This document shows, piece after piece, positions 10,550 through 21,739 of a DNA stretch of 64,000 nt. A program made the translations under genes and the position numbers. The stretch is from Aquificaceae bacterium (GTDB taxonomy: Bacteria > Aquificota > Aquificia > Aquificales > Aquificaceae): positions 1 to 64,000 of the forward strand of contig JAXSMZ010000001.1 of NCBI GenBank assembly GCA_037924335.1, given 5' to 3'. Each line of letters opens with the position of its first letter. Position 1 is the stretch's first letter. The notes beneath the pieces were generated by a model. The model worked only from the letters and a program-made list of their open reading frames with translations, was not told the DNA's origin and searched no databases.

Positions 10550-11164
10550 ATGAAGAAGTACATATACCTTCTTCGCCATGCCCAGAGCGAGTTTAACGAA
10601 AAAGGTATATTCCAAGGTAGGCTGGACAGTGACCTTACACCCTTGGGTTATGTCCAATCCAGACTTTCCGCACAAGAGCTTATAAAAGAGAATATACAGG
10701 TTATATACTCCTCTCCTCAAAGAAGGGCATACAAAACAGCTTTAACCATCGGAGACATGCTTGGTCTTGGTGTAATAGTTGACGATAGGCTAAAAGAGAT
10801 GTCCTTTGGGGATTATGAAGGTACCCAGTTCTGGGTGATGGTTCAAGAGTGTAAGGAAATCTTTTTAAACTGGCTTTCTAACCCTCTAAAGTACCCATTA
10901 CCTACCCAGGAGAGTATGGAAGAGTTTGAAGAGAGGGTAAGAAGCTTTGTTGACCGTCTGATAAAGGACCAGCATGAGAAAACATTGGTTGTAGCTCACG
11001 GTGGAACCCTTCACGCTATAGTTTGCCTTACCCTAGGTTTAGGGCTTGAAAACCTATGGAACATACATATGGATAACGCTGCTATAACAAGGCTTGTTTA
11101 CAACGATGGTCAGTATCACATAGATTACCTCAACAGGTTTTTTTACTCCGATGGACTCTTATGA
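10550..11164 (+). CDS. pspB: Histidine phosphatase, metal-independent phosphoserine phosphatase subunit PspB-like
   Basis: RHAQSEFNEKGIFQGRLDSDLTPLG and VAHGGTLHAIVC resemble Hydrogenobacter PspB as recalled. Confidence 0.75.
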   Translation: MKKYIYLLRHAQSEFNEKGIFQGRLDSDLTPLGYVQSRLSAQELIKENIQVIYSSPQRRAYKTALTIGDMLGLGVIVDDRLKEMSFGDYEGTQFWVMVQECKEIFLNWLSNPLKYPLPTQESMEEFEERVRSFVDRLIKDQHEKTLVVAHGGTLHAIVCLTLGLGLENLWNIHMDNAAITRLVYNDGQYHIDYLNRFFYSDGLL

Positions 11165-11528
11165 GTCTTCCATCTTCTGTAAAGTCTATGGTTATAACTA
11201 TATCGCAGATGGCTGTACTTTTAGCCCATTCGACAACAACAACGCCTTGACCCAAAAACTCTTCCATGTTTATATTTCCCACCCTGTAAAGGTCTACATG
11301 TATTAATCTACCCTTTTCTGTAGGATACTCGTTCACTATGGCAAAGGTCGGACTTCTTACTTGGTATCCTTCATGTATACCCATACCCTTTGCTATACCT
11401 TTCACTAACGTAGTCTTTCCAGCGCCCAACTCCCCAAGAAGGCATATGACTTCCTTCCCCTCTAAAGAAGAGCCTATTCTTTCACCGAACTGCAAAGTTT
11501 CCTCCTCAGAGGTGGAAATTATCTCCAT
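11130..11528 (-). CDS. tsaE: t6A biosynthesis ATPase TsaE
   Basis: GELGAGKTT, SPTF, HVDLYR, VEWA; start set at MEIIS (11528). Confidence 0.95.
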   Translation of the reverse strand: MEIISTSEEETLQFGERIGSSLEGKEVICLLGELGAGKTTLVKGIAKGMGIHEGYQVRSPTFAIVNEYPTEKGRLIHVDLYRVGNINMEEFLGQGVVVVEWAKSTAICDIVITIDFTEDGRLIRVHRSKKTC

Positions 11529-11549
11529 AAGTGCTATATTATAAAAACT

Positions 11550-12017
11550 ATGGAATTTTTCTTTTTCACGGATGTTTACGCAGATAAGCACCTTATAGAT
11601 TACTATGTGGTTGCCTTTAAACTTAAGGATGAAAGCGCAGTTGAGACAAAGGAGTGGGAAGGGAAAAAATACATAACTCATATCAAGAGCTGGGACGCTT
11701 TCAAAGACAGTGCTTACGACATAGTCCTGTACGAGTTTGGAGATGAGGTAGAAAGGTTTACGGATATAGAAAACGCTCTAAAGACAGCTTACAAGATGGC
11801 ATACGTAGAAGCTTCAAGAAAAATACCTAAGAGCGTTGTGCCTTCCATTGGGATAGGTTCGCCCCCCATTGAAGCTATAAGGAAGACCTTCCCAGCCGTC
11901 TTTGTCTTTGAACCCTTCCCCAAAGACTTGGATGGCTTCCTTGAAAGGATAGTGAGGGAAAGCGAGGGAGAGATTATAAGGAGTGAGTTCAACGATGATG
12001 ACGAAATCCCCTTCTGA
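11550..12017 (+). CDS. Hypothetical protein with acidic DDDEIPF C-terminus
   Basis: 155-aa ORF with host-like codon usage, coupled to hslU. Confidence 0.75.
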   Translation: MEFFFFTDVYADKHLIDYYVVAFKLKDESAVETKEWEGKKYITHIKSWDAFKDSAYDIVLYEFGDEVERFTDIENALKTAYKMAYVEASRKIPKSVVPSIGIGSPPIEAIRKTFPAVFVFEPFPKDLDGFLERIVRESEGEIIRSEFNDDDEIPF

Positions 12018-13344
12018 ACTGCTTGAGGATTTTACACCAAAGAGAATAGTTGAGGAGCTTGATAAATATATTGTTGGACAGTATCAAGCAAAAAGGTCAG
12101 TAGCCATAGCACTCAGGAACAGATGGAGAAGGCAGAATCTGCCAGAGCATATAAGGGACGAGGTTGCACCAAAGAACATACTTATGATAGGACCAACTGG
12201 TGTTGGAAAAACGGAGATAGCAAGGAGACTAGCTCAGCTTATAAGGGCTCCCTTTATAAAAGTTGAAGCTACAAAGTACACAGAGATAGGTTATGTGGGA
12301 AGAGATGTGGAATCCATGATAAGAGAGCTTGTCGAGACATCATACCAAATGGTAAAGCAGGAAAAACTGCAAAAGGTCAAAGAAAGAGCAAAGAGGTCTG
12401 CAGAAGAGAGGGTCATTGACCATCTTGTCCCCCAGCAGCTAAGCTTTGGTCTTGTAGAGCAACAGAGCTTTGGCAAAAGGGACATGATGAGAGAAAAACT
12501 GAGGAGTGGAGAGCTGGACGATAAGGTGATAGAGGTAGAGCTTCAAGAGAAGAACTATCCCATGATAGGTATAGCTGGACCTCCCGGACTTGAGGAGCTA
12601 GAAGAACAGCTCAAAAACATGTTAGGAAGCATGATTCCAAACAGGAAAAGGAGGAAGGTAAAAGTAAAAGAAGCCCTTGCTTTGCTCGAGCAGGAAGAAG
12701 CTGAAAAGCTCATTGACCCAGATGAGATTGCAAGGGAGGCAATATACAGGGCTGAGAACTTTGGAGTTGTTTTCATAGACGAGATAGACAAGATAGCTGT
12801 GAAGACGCCAGGTGTAGGACCTGGTGTTTCAAGGGAGGGTGTACAGAGAGACCTACTCCCAATAGTTGAAGGGACAACGGTAAAGACCAAGTACGGAGCA
12901 GTTAGAACTGAGCACATACTCTTTATAGCCGCTGGTGCCTTCCATATGGCAAAACCCTCTGACCTTATCCCAGAACTCCAGGGAAGATTCCCCATAAGAG
13001 TCGAACTGAACCCATTAACGCAGGATGACCTTGTAAGAATTCTCAAAGAACCAAAGAACGCTTTGACCAAACAGTACATTGAGCTTCTCAAAACCGAAGG
13101 CGTCGAAATAGAGTTTACGGACGATGCTCTGGAGGAGATAGCTAAAATAGCCGAAGAGGCAAACAATAGGACAGAGAACATAGGAGCAAGAAGACTACAC
13201 ACCGTCATGGAGAAGCTTCTTGAGGATATATCCTTCAACGCTCCAGAGCTTGAAGGGCAACGTATAATCATAGATGCCAAGTTTGTCAGAGCAAGGTTAG
13301 AAGGCATTGTAAAGGATGTGGAACTTTCCAAGTACATACTATGA
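11995..13344 (+). CDS. hslU: HslUV protease ATPase subunit
   Basis: [28 protein letters not shown] pore loop, LSKYIL C-terminus; start 11995/11998. Confidence 0.97.
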   Translation: MMTKSPSELLEDFTPKRIVEELDKYIVGQYQAKRSVAIALRNRWRRQNLPEHIRDEVAPKNILMIGPTGVGKTEIARRLAQLIRAPFIKVEATKYTEIGYVGRDVESMIRELVETSYQMVKQEKLQKVKERAKRSAEERVIDHLVPQQLSFGLVEQQSFGKRDMMREKLRSGELDDKVIEVELQEKNYPMIGIAGPPGLEELEEQLKNMLGSMIPNRKRRKVKVKEALALLEQEEAEKLIDPDEIAREAIYRAENFGVVFIDEIDKIAVKTPGVGPGVSREGVQRDLLPIVEGTTVKTKYGAVRTEHILFIAAGAFHMAKPSDLIPELQGRFPIRVELNPLTQDDLVRILKEPKNALTKQYIELLKTEGVEIEFTDDALEEIAKIAEEANNRTENIGARRLHTVMEKLLEDISFNAPELEGQRIIIDAKFVRARLEGIVKDVELSKYIL

Positions 13345-13832
13345 GTGACATGCTAATACGCACCCTCATGGAGAGATTAGAAGAGCTTATAAATGCTCAG
13401 TATAAAATAGCTGGTCTTATGCTTTCCCATGAGACTAAAGGGTTGGACTTCTCTGTCTCCACAGCCTTGGATGTTCTGTACATTAACCTGGAGATGCTCG
13501 ACCTGACCTCAGACATAATAGGTATGATGTCAAGCGTGTCTGATGAGTACATTAAAAAGTATGCCATCAATCTTGGTGCAGAGGCTCTCTCGTGGAGCGG
13601 ATTTATGCTTACCCATATAGAAAAGTCTTCACCCATATTCATAGAGTACATAGAGGTTGAGAACGAACCAGTCACGTCCAGGATAAAGAACCTGGCATAC
13701 CTTTTGGAGAACCTCGGTTCAAAACTTGACCCCTTCTCCTTTGAGGAGATAATAAGAACCATAGATATGGTATCAAAGGCTATAAAGTACCAGGTTTACA
13801 TGGCAAAAAAGTCTTACGAAACAATGGAATAA
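13341..13832 (+). CDS. Hypothetical helical protein
   Basis: ATGA overlap with hslU, abuts kdsB. Confidence 0.7.
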   Translation: MSDMLIRTLMERLEELINAQYKIAGLMLSHETKGLDFSVSTALDVLYINLEMLDLTSDIIGMMSSVSDEYIKKYAINLGAEALSWSGFMLTHIEKSSPIFIEYIEVENEPVTSRIKNLAYLLENLGSKLDPFSFEEIIRTIDMVSKAIKYQVYMAKKSYETME

Positions 13833-15321
<1,489 letters not shown>

Positions 15322-15325
<4 letters not shown>

Positions 15326-16047
15326 CCTTCATCATTATTTTGCAAACTCTGTGCCAACTCCTTCAGAAGGTTCACTATGCTTTCCATGCTTGGTTTTTCA
15401 GGCATTAAACAATCCAACCCTGACAGAGAAGAAAACTCTTCTTTTGTAGTTTTGCCAATGCAGACCGTTATTTTACTCTTTAGAACCCTTATGGATTCTT
15501 CCTTTTGCAAATTTGCAAAAAGACTTTTAATGGACGACGGACTTGCAAAGACCAATACATCAGCCTTGGATAGCTTGTCAAGGAGTTTCTTCCTTTCGTA
15601 AACAACCCCTTGCGTTGTGTACACATCGACTGGGTAGACATCAAATCCCAAATTTTTAAGCCCCTTTATGAGGTTGTCTTTTCCCTCTCTTGAGCGAGGT
15701 ATGAGCACCTTCCCCCTCTTACCTTCCATGATTTTTAGAATCTCTGAAGCGTAGTACTTTTCTGGCACATGATGGACCCTGTAGCCGTACTTTTCAACGG
15801 ATGACCTTGTAACTTCTCCAACTGCTATTATCCTTTCACCTCCCCCAAGCTTTTTTCTGTTCAAAAAGTATCTTACAGCTTTCTCGCTTTGAAAGATAAC
15901 ATAGTCAAAAGTATCATCTTGGAGCTCAAACTCCAAGGGCTTTATTTTTATCAAAGGGATAGCGATAACTTCAAATCCTTCCCTCTCAAATATCTTCCTG
16001 TCTTTCTGTAAGTCCTCTTTACTCCTTGTTAAACCCACTTTAAACAC
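15322..16047 (-). CDS. hemD: Uroporphyrinogen-III synthase
   Basis: LTR, AVGEVT, VYTT, FASPSS, CIGKTT motifs. Confidence 0.9.
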
Positions 16048-16080
16048 GATAGAATTATTTTACGAAACCTCCACAAGATG

Positions 16081-16210
16081 AATTGTGGTAAAATAATAAT
16101 ACATAAACCTGTCTGGCATAGGCAGTAATCTATGCCCTACCGCTGGACTGGCGGGAAGTTATGCCCCCACAAGGGGAAGCTCCTCATTGGAATAGAGGAG
16201 AGGAAGTCAC
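16081..16210 (+). mobile_element. Non-autonomous IS200/IS605-derived unit / omegaRNA-like ncRNA, copy 1
   Basis: Homologous to 28946-29073 (-); TGGTAAAAT promoter-like box, GGCATAG/CTATGCC hairpin, TACCGCTGG..GGGAAGT, terminal CTCCTC/GAGGAG hairpin, ends GGAAGTCAC. Confidence 0.75.
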
Positions 16211-16237
16211 GTAAGCACTGAATGAGAAATTGGTTAT

Positions 16238-16263
16238 GTAGGAGCAATTCATGAATGCCCTAC
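16238..16263 (+). repeat. GTAG-type REP-like palindrome
   Basis: GTAGGAGCAATTCATGAATGCCCTAC, imperfect palindrome bounded by GTAG...CTAC. Confidence 0.65.
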
Positions 16264-16308
16264 AGAGGATGAATCTCTCACTCAGCGTATGATAGAATTA
16301 TTCTACAT

Positions 16309-17577
16309 ATGTCAAAGTTCCTAGTAAAGAAAGGAAGAGTTGTAGACCCATCCCAGAACATGGACGTTGTAAGAGATATTCTGATAGAGAATGGGGTGAT
16401 AAAGAGCATTGGGGAAGATATATTTGAACATGATGCCCAAATTGTAGATGCATCGGGGAAGGTTGTATGCCCATCTTTTGTAGACTTTCATGTACACCTT
16501 AGAGACCCAGGTCAAACCTATAAAGAAGATATAGAATCTGGGAGCAGGTGTGCAGTGGCTGGTGGTTATACGCACATGGTTTGCATGCCCAACACAAAAC
16601 CCCCAATAGATTCACCGGAGATAGTAGAGTATATAAAGGATAAGGCAGAGAAAGTTGGTCTTTGCCGCATTATGCCATCTGGTGCTATAACAAAGGGTAG
16701 GGAGGGCAAAGAGCTGACAGACTTTTACGCACTAAAAAGGGCTGGATGCCTTGTCCTTACAGACGATGGTAGCCCTTTGATGGATTCAAGGCTTATGAAA
16801 AAAGCCCTTGAGCTTGCGGGACAGCTTGGCCTTCTTGTTATGAACCACTGTGAGGACGATAAACTGGCTTATGGGTATGTAAACGATGGATACGTGAGCA
16901 GTCTCTTAGGCGTTCTTCCAAGACCAAAAAGTGCCGAAGATATTCTGGTAGCAAGGGACTGTATACTTTCTTACTACACTGGTTCTCCCCTTCACATACA
17001 ACATGTTAGCTCTCCACTTTCCGTTGATATGATAAGATACTTTAAAGATAAAGGTGCGAAAGTGTCCTGTGAGATAAACCCCCATCATCTTCTCTTTACG
17101 GAAGAGGAAGTTCTAAAAAGCGGGTCCAATGCTAGAATAAATCCACCACTGAGAAGCCAAAAAGACAGACAGGCTCTCCTTGAAGCTCTGAAAGATGGAA
17201 CCATAGATTGCGTGGCAACAGACCATGCACCCCATGCACCATGGGAAAAGGGTCAGATAGAGAACGCAATGCCCGGAGTGATAGGTCTTCAGACGGCACT
17301 CCCTTCTATGCTGGAGTTGGTCAGAGAAGGCATCATAAACCTGAGAAGGGTGGTGGAACTGATGTCCTGCAACCCTGCAAAGCTTTTAGGGCTTGAATGT
17401 GGAATAAAAGAGGGGTCTTTGGCAAACTTAGTTATCTTTGACCCGGAGAGAGAATGGGTATTGGATGAAAGCACAAACCTTTCCAAATCTAAAAACACAC
17501 CGCTTTGGAACGGAAAGCTCAAAGGGAAAGTCCTTTACACTTTCTTTAATGGAAGGGTAGTTTACAAAGATGTTTAG
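16309..17577 (+). CDS. pyrC: Dihydroorotase
   Basis: DFHVHLRDPG, MPNTKP, NPPLR, ATDHAPH. Confidence 0.96.
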   Translation: MSKFLVKKGRVVDPSQNMDVVRDILIENGVIKSIGEDIFEHDAQIVDASGKVVCPSFVDFHVHLRDPGQTYKEDIESGSRCAVAGGYTHMVCMPNTKPPIDSPEIVEYIKDKAEKVGLCRIMPSGAITKGREGKELTDFYALKRAGCLVLTDDGSPLMDSRLMKKALELAGQLGLLVMNHCEDDKLAYGYVNDGYVSSLLGVLPRPKSAEDILVARDCILSYYTGSPLHIQHVSSPLSVDMIRYFKDKGAKVSCEINPHHLLFTEEEVLKSGSNARINPPLRSQKDRQALLEALKDGTIDCVATDHAPHAPWEKGQIENAMPGVIGLQTALPSMLELVREGIINLRRVVELMSCNPAKLLGLECGIKEGSLANLVIFDPEREWVLDESTNLSKSKNTPLWNGKLKGKVLYTFFNGRVVYKDV

Positions 17578-18415
17578 AAGGGTCGGTATAGTAGGCATTG
17601 GTTTTATGGGAGGGTCTCTGTCTGTATCTCTGAAGGAAGTTTGTAAAGACTGCTCTATCTTTGGTGTTGATATAAATCCTTCCGCCATAGAAAGGGGGAT
17701 AAGCTTGGGCATAATAGATAGTGGAAGTAGTAACATAAAAGATTTGAAGGACTTTTGCCCGGAGATTGTAGTTTTAGCAACGCCAGTGAGAACCTTCAAA
17801 AGCATAGCGGAATCCTTAGAGCTTAGCCGAGAAGTTATAATAACTGACATAGGAAGCGTAAAAGGGCACATTGTCTTTATGATGGAGAAGGTCCTTGGAA
17901 GTAGGTTTGTTGGGGGTCATCCCATAGCTGGTACTGAAAAGTCTGGAGTGGAAAACAGCGTAAAGGGTCTTTTTAAAGGTAAAAAAACCATAATAACACC
18001 TACAGAAAGAACCGATAAGGAGGCTAAGGAGAAGGTAAAAGAGCTCTGGACAATCCTTGGCTCTGTTGTAGAGGAGATGGACCCCTATTTGCACGATTAC
18101 ATATTTGGTGCTGTTTCGCACCTTCCCCATGCTGTAGCCTTTGCTCTCATAAAAGCTCTTATTAAGCTAAACAAAGAAGATAATGACCTTTTTAAATATC
18201 CAGGTGCTGGGTTCAAGGATTTTACAAGAATAGCCTCCTCTGACCCCATAATGTGGAGAGACATCTTCTTAGAAAACAAAGAGAACGTCATTAAGGCCAT
18301 CGATGTTTACATAGAATCACTGGAAGAGTTAAAGAGGATGATAGGTAAGGAGGATGTGGATAACATAATGCAGTATCTGAAGGAAGCTAAGGAAAACAGA
18401 GAGATGATCAACTGA
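17570..18415 (+). CDS. tyrA: Prephenate dehydrogenase
   Basis: GIGFMGGS, HPIAGTEKSG, SHLPH, DFTRIA. Confidence 0.95.
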   Translation: MFRRVGIVGIGFMGGSLSVSLKEVCKDCSIFGVDINPSAIERGISLGIIDSGSSNIKDLKDFCPEIVVLATPVRTFKSIAESLELSREVIITDIGSVKGHIVFMMEKVLGSRFVGGHPIAGTEKSGVENSVKGLFKGKKTIITPTERTDKEAKEKVKELWTILGSVVEEMDPYLHDYIFGAVSHLPHAVAFALIKALIKLNKEDNDLFKYPGAGFKDFTRIASSDPIMWRDIFLENKENVIKAIDVYIESLEELKRMIGKEDVDNIMQYLKEAKENREMIN

Positions 18416-18523
18416 GGATAAACTTTAAAAGGAAATACAAAGCCGCTGCAGTCAATAAACACAAGGTACAAACTAAAACAAACTTCAAAAGTTTTAATAG
18501 CATATTCTCCAAAAGCTTAAAAG

Positions 18524-18596
18524 TGGAGCGGAGGGGACTTGAACCCCCGACCTCCTACACGCCAAGCAGGCGCTCTCCCAACTGAGCTACCGCCCC
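18524..18596 (-). tRNA. tRNA-Ala(GGC)
   Basis: GGGGCGGTAGCTCAGTTGGGAGAGCG CCTGC-TTGGCGT-GTAGG AGGTCGGGGGTTCAAGTCCCCTCCGCTCCA. Confidence 0.95.
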
Positions 18597-18607
18597 AGAG
18601 AGGTTAT

Positions 18608-18757
18608 TCAATTCATAAATTTCCTCTTGTCCATACCCCTTCTTGAGGATTCTATCATGAGTCTAAGCTTCAATCCCTCTCTTTTCCTTGCCTGCTCTCT
18701 CCTGAGCGTCTGCACACATTCCTCTCTGAGCAACTTAACAAAACTAAAAAGCTCCAT
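18608..18757 (-). CDS. Small basic hypothetical protein (49 aa)
   Basis: MELFSFVKLLREECVQTLRREQARKREGLKLRLMIESSRRGMDKRKFMN; TATAAT 9 nt upstream. Confidence 0.45.
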   Translation of the reverse strand: MELFSFVKLLREECVQTLRREQARKREGLKLRLMIESSRRGMDKRKFMN

Positions 18758-18779
18758 AAGTGTAAATTATAATCCAAAA

Positions 18780-18853
18780 TGAGCCGGGAGGGATTCGAAC
18801 CCTCGACCCACGGATTAAAAGTCCGTTGCTCTGCCAGACTGAGCTACCGGCTC
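18780..18853 (-). tRNA. tRNA-Lys(TTT)
   Basis: GAGCCGGTAGCTCAGTCTGGCAGAGCA ACGGA-CTTTTAA-TCCGT GGGTCGAGGGTTCGAATCCCTCCCGGCTCA. Confidence 0.95.
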
Positions 18854-18887
18854 TTCAAACTATAGTATTTTAGCTTTTATTTTTGCT

Positions 18888-20276
18888 TTAGTCAACAAGC
18901 TTGTCTTTGCCCTTCCCTTTTATGACTTTTAGCTTTGCTCTTGATATGGCAAGGTCTCCATCCTCTATATCCTTGTTTATCACGGAACCGCCGGCTATGT
19001 ATACGTAATCACCTATCTTTATTGGAGCTATAAGAAGGGAGTTGCTTCCTATGAAGGTATGCTTTCCCACGTAGCTCTTGTGTTTTCTCTTCCCATCAAA
19101 GTTGGCAAAGACAACACCAGCTCCTATGTTGGTTTGGTCATCAACGTGTGCATCTCCTATGTAGGTAAGGTGCTTTGCCTTCACATCTTTACCTATCTGG
19201 GATGCTTTTACCTCAACAAAGTTGTTTATCTGAGAAGCTTCACCTATAAAACTACCGTTCCTTATATGCACAAAGGGACCCAAATGAGCATTGCTCCCAA
19301 CCTCTGAATCCTTTATAACAGAAAAGGGTTCTACTATGACGTTATCTCCAAGCGTGGAGTTCTCTATGTAGCATCCTCTACCAAGCACAGTACCTTTGCC
19401 TATCCTTGTTTTTCCCTTAAGCGTCACACTGGGATGAATCTCCGCATCCCCTTCCAAGGTTACATCGGGTTCTATCCATATGCTCTCAGGCTGATGCAGT
19501 GTGTTACCCTTTTCGGCCCAATGTTGAAGTATTCGTAACCTTATGACATTTTCGGCTATGGCAAGGTCCCATCTTGTGTTTACTCCCATAGCTTCCGTAA
19601 CATCCTCAGCCATAAAGCTTCTAACCTTATAACCTTTGTTATACATCATCTTAAAAATTTCTGTGATATACAGCTCCCCACTTGCTCCGCTGGGCTTTAT
19701 GGCAAATAGAGACTCAATAAGGTGGGGTGTATAGAAAATGTATACACCGCTATTTATCTTTTTTATGTTCTTTTCTTCAAAATTAGCATCCTTCTCCTCA
19801 ACCACCTTTACTATGTTACCCATCCCATCTTCTATAACTCTTCCATAGCCTGTAGGGTCTGGCAGAAAGCTTGTAAGAAGGACGCCACTGAGCTTTATAC
19901 CTTCGTACTCATAAACCATGTGCAAGAACTTTTCCATGTTCTTTATTGTCTGGGACTTTACAAGGGGAGAATCTCCGTTGATAACCAAAAGGTAGTCTTC
20001 GATAGACCTCCACATGTTGGCAGAGGAGAGTAAGGCATCGGCAGTACCTCCCTTTGGGTCCTTCTGATGGAAAAAAACGACACCTTCGTCCTTTAGGACT
20101 TCCACCACCTCATCAGCCTTGTATCCTACAACTACGCCTATATCCTTGATTCCACTGTTTTTCACAACCTGCAGCACATACCATATCATGGGTTTTCCAA
20201 GTATGGTGTGAAGTACTTTGGGCTTCTCACTCTTGAAGCGGCTACCAAGTCCTGCAGCTAGTACAACGCATCTCAT
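18888..20276 (-). CDS. glmU: Bifunctional UDP-GlcNAc pyrophosphorylase/acetyltransferase
   Basis: LAAGLGSRFKSEKPKVLH, GYGRV, hexapeptide repeats, NFVEVK. Confidence 0.97.
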   Translation of the reverse strand: MRCVVLAAGLGSRFKSEKPKVLHTILGKPMIWYVLQVVKNSGIKDIGVVVGYKADEVVEVLKDEGVVFFHQKDPKGGTADALLSSANMWRSIEDYLLVINGDSPLVKSQTIKNMEKFLHMVYEYEGIKLSGVLLTSFLPDPTGYGRVIEDGMGNIVKVVEEKDANFEEKNIKKINSGVYIFYTPHLIESLFAIKPSGASGELYITEIFKMMYNKGYKVRSFMAEDVTEAMGVNTRWDLAIAENVIRLRILQHWAEKGNTLHQPESIWIEPDVTLEGDAEIHPSVTLKGKTRIGKGTVLGRGCYIENSTLGDNVIVEPFSVIKDSEVGSNAHLGPFVHIRNGSFIGEASQINNFVEVKASQIGKDVKAKHLTYIGDAHVDDQTNIGAGVVFANFDGKRKHKSYVGKHTFIGSNSLLIAPIKIGDYVYIAGGSVINKDIEDGDLAISRAKLKVIKGKGKDKLVD

Positions 20277-21067
20277 GTTCTTCCTCCTGCATCCCTTGCT
20301 ATTCCTCTTCTGGTTGTTTTAACAAACTCCACAAGCCTTTTAATCTCTTCATAGCTACCAAACTCCTTAAGAAGGATGTCGCAAGCATCCTTTTTTAGCA
20401 TACCACTTCTGAACATCAACCTATAAGCTTTCTTGAGTACTGCTATAACTTCCTTGCTCATACCCCTCCTTTCCAATCCGACTGTATTTATACCATACAA
20501 AAGAGCATGCTGTCCAGATGCTCTTGTATAAGGAGGTATATCAAGGGATACACCTGAGATTCCACCCACCATAGCATAGGATCCCACTCTTGCCCATTGA
20601 TGAACTGCAGAGAGGCCCCCTATAAAGGCGTACTCCCCCACTTCTACATGTCCACCAAGCGTGGCACAGTTTGCCATTATAACCCCCTTCCTGACAGTAC
20701 AGTCATGTGCTACATGAGAGTAAGCCATCAGCATAACATCATCCTCTATAATAGTCTTCATAGTACCTATGGCAGTACCCCTGTGTACAGTGGCGTATTC
20801 CCTTATTATCACCCTGTTTCCCACTATCACTTGGCTGTCTTCTCCAGTGTATCTGAGATGCTGGGGCTCTTCACCTATCACTGCACCATCATAAATTCTA
20901 CACTCCTCACCTATCTTTACCTTCCCCTTTATGCTTACCCTGCTTTTTACTTTTGTACCCTTTCCTATGTAAACATCACCTTCTATTATGCTGTAAGCTC
21001 CAACTTCCACATCCTCTTCCAACTCTACATGCTTTCCTACAATTGCAGTGGGATGTATTTTTGGCAT
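20273..21067 (-). CDS. lpxA: UDP-GlcNAc acyltransferase
   Basis: IHPTAIV, IREYATVHRGT, HVAHDC. Confidence 0.97.
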   Translation of the reverse strand: MPKIHPTAIVGKHVELEEDVEVGAYSIIEGDVYIGKGTKVKSRVSIKGKVKIGEECRIYDGAVIGEEPQHLRYTGEDSQVIVGNRVIIREYATVHRGTAIGTMKTIIEDDVMLMAYSHVAHDCTVRKGVIMANCATLGGHVEVGEYAFIGGLSAVHQWARVGSYAMVGGISGVSLDIPPYTRASGQHALLYGINTVGLERRGMSKEVIAVLKKAYRLMFRSGMLKKDACDILLKEFGSYEEIKRLVEFVKTTRRGIARDAGGRT

Positions 21068-21739
21068 CTATAGACTCCTAAGTAAAAATTTTCTCAGCAT
21101 GTCAAGAGCTATCTGCGTTGAGAGGAACCTGTTGGTGTTTCTTTCCTCCTTTAGCTTATACTCCTGTACGATAACTTCTTTATCAGTACCGAGGCCTATG
21201 TAAGTCAGTCCTACAGGTTTTAGCTTTGTCCCCCCAGAAGGTCCAGCTATGCCTGTTATGGCAAGGGATATGTCTGCATCCGTTTCCTCCAAAACACCTA
21301 CACACATTGCCCTACATACCTCCCCCGATACAGCCCCGTAGTCTGTTAGAAGCTCTTCTTCCACGCTCAGAAGCTTGGTTTTTAGCTCGTTGGCATAAAC
21401 AACAAACCCACCCAAAAAATTGGAAGAGCTCCCAGGAACGTTCACTATCCTTGCAGCAAGGAGACCACCGGTAGAGCTTTCTGCCACCGCTAACTTTAGC
21501 CCTTTTGCCTTTAACAGCTCAACTACCACATCCTCCATCTCCAAGTAGCCATCGGCGTAAACGTGGTCCTTAAATTCCGAGTAAGCTCTTTCTTTCTCCT
21601 CTTCTCTTTCAAAGAACAGGTCTATACCTCCTATTGTTTTTTGATAGATGTAGTTTTTTAATCTATCCTCCGACAGACCGAAGGTTCTCAGTATGTACCT
21701 GTGGTTTCTTCTTCTTTTCCCGCATATGGACACTATCAT
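21068..21739 (-). CDS. cinA: CinA/PncC-family NMN deamidase
   Basis: AVAESSTGG, GAVS, ITGIAGPSGG, KPVG. Confidence 0.88.
   Translation of the reverse strand: MIVSICGKRRRNHRYILRTFGLSEDRLKNYIYQKTIGGIDLFFEREEEKERAYSEFKDHVYADGYLEMEDVVVELLKAKGLKLAVAESSTGGLLAARIVNVPGSSSNFLGGFVVYANELKTKLLSVEEELLTDYGAVSGEVCRAMCVGVLEETDADISLAITGIAGPSGGTKLKPVGLTYIGLGTDKEVIVQEYKLKEERNTNRFLSTQIALDMLRKFLLRSL

Noticed and set aside
11529..11681. Long N-terminal extensions in the ORF track for tsaE (also glcD 51310-51402 and 55181-55222)
   Set aside because: They overlap neighbouring genes and lie upstream of the family-typical N-termini.
12555..13337. 260-aa antisense ORF inside hslU, and similar shadow ORFs in clpC, gspD, cimA and czcA
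   Set aside because: Ser/Phe-rich mirror of sense-strand codon bias with no recognisable motifs.
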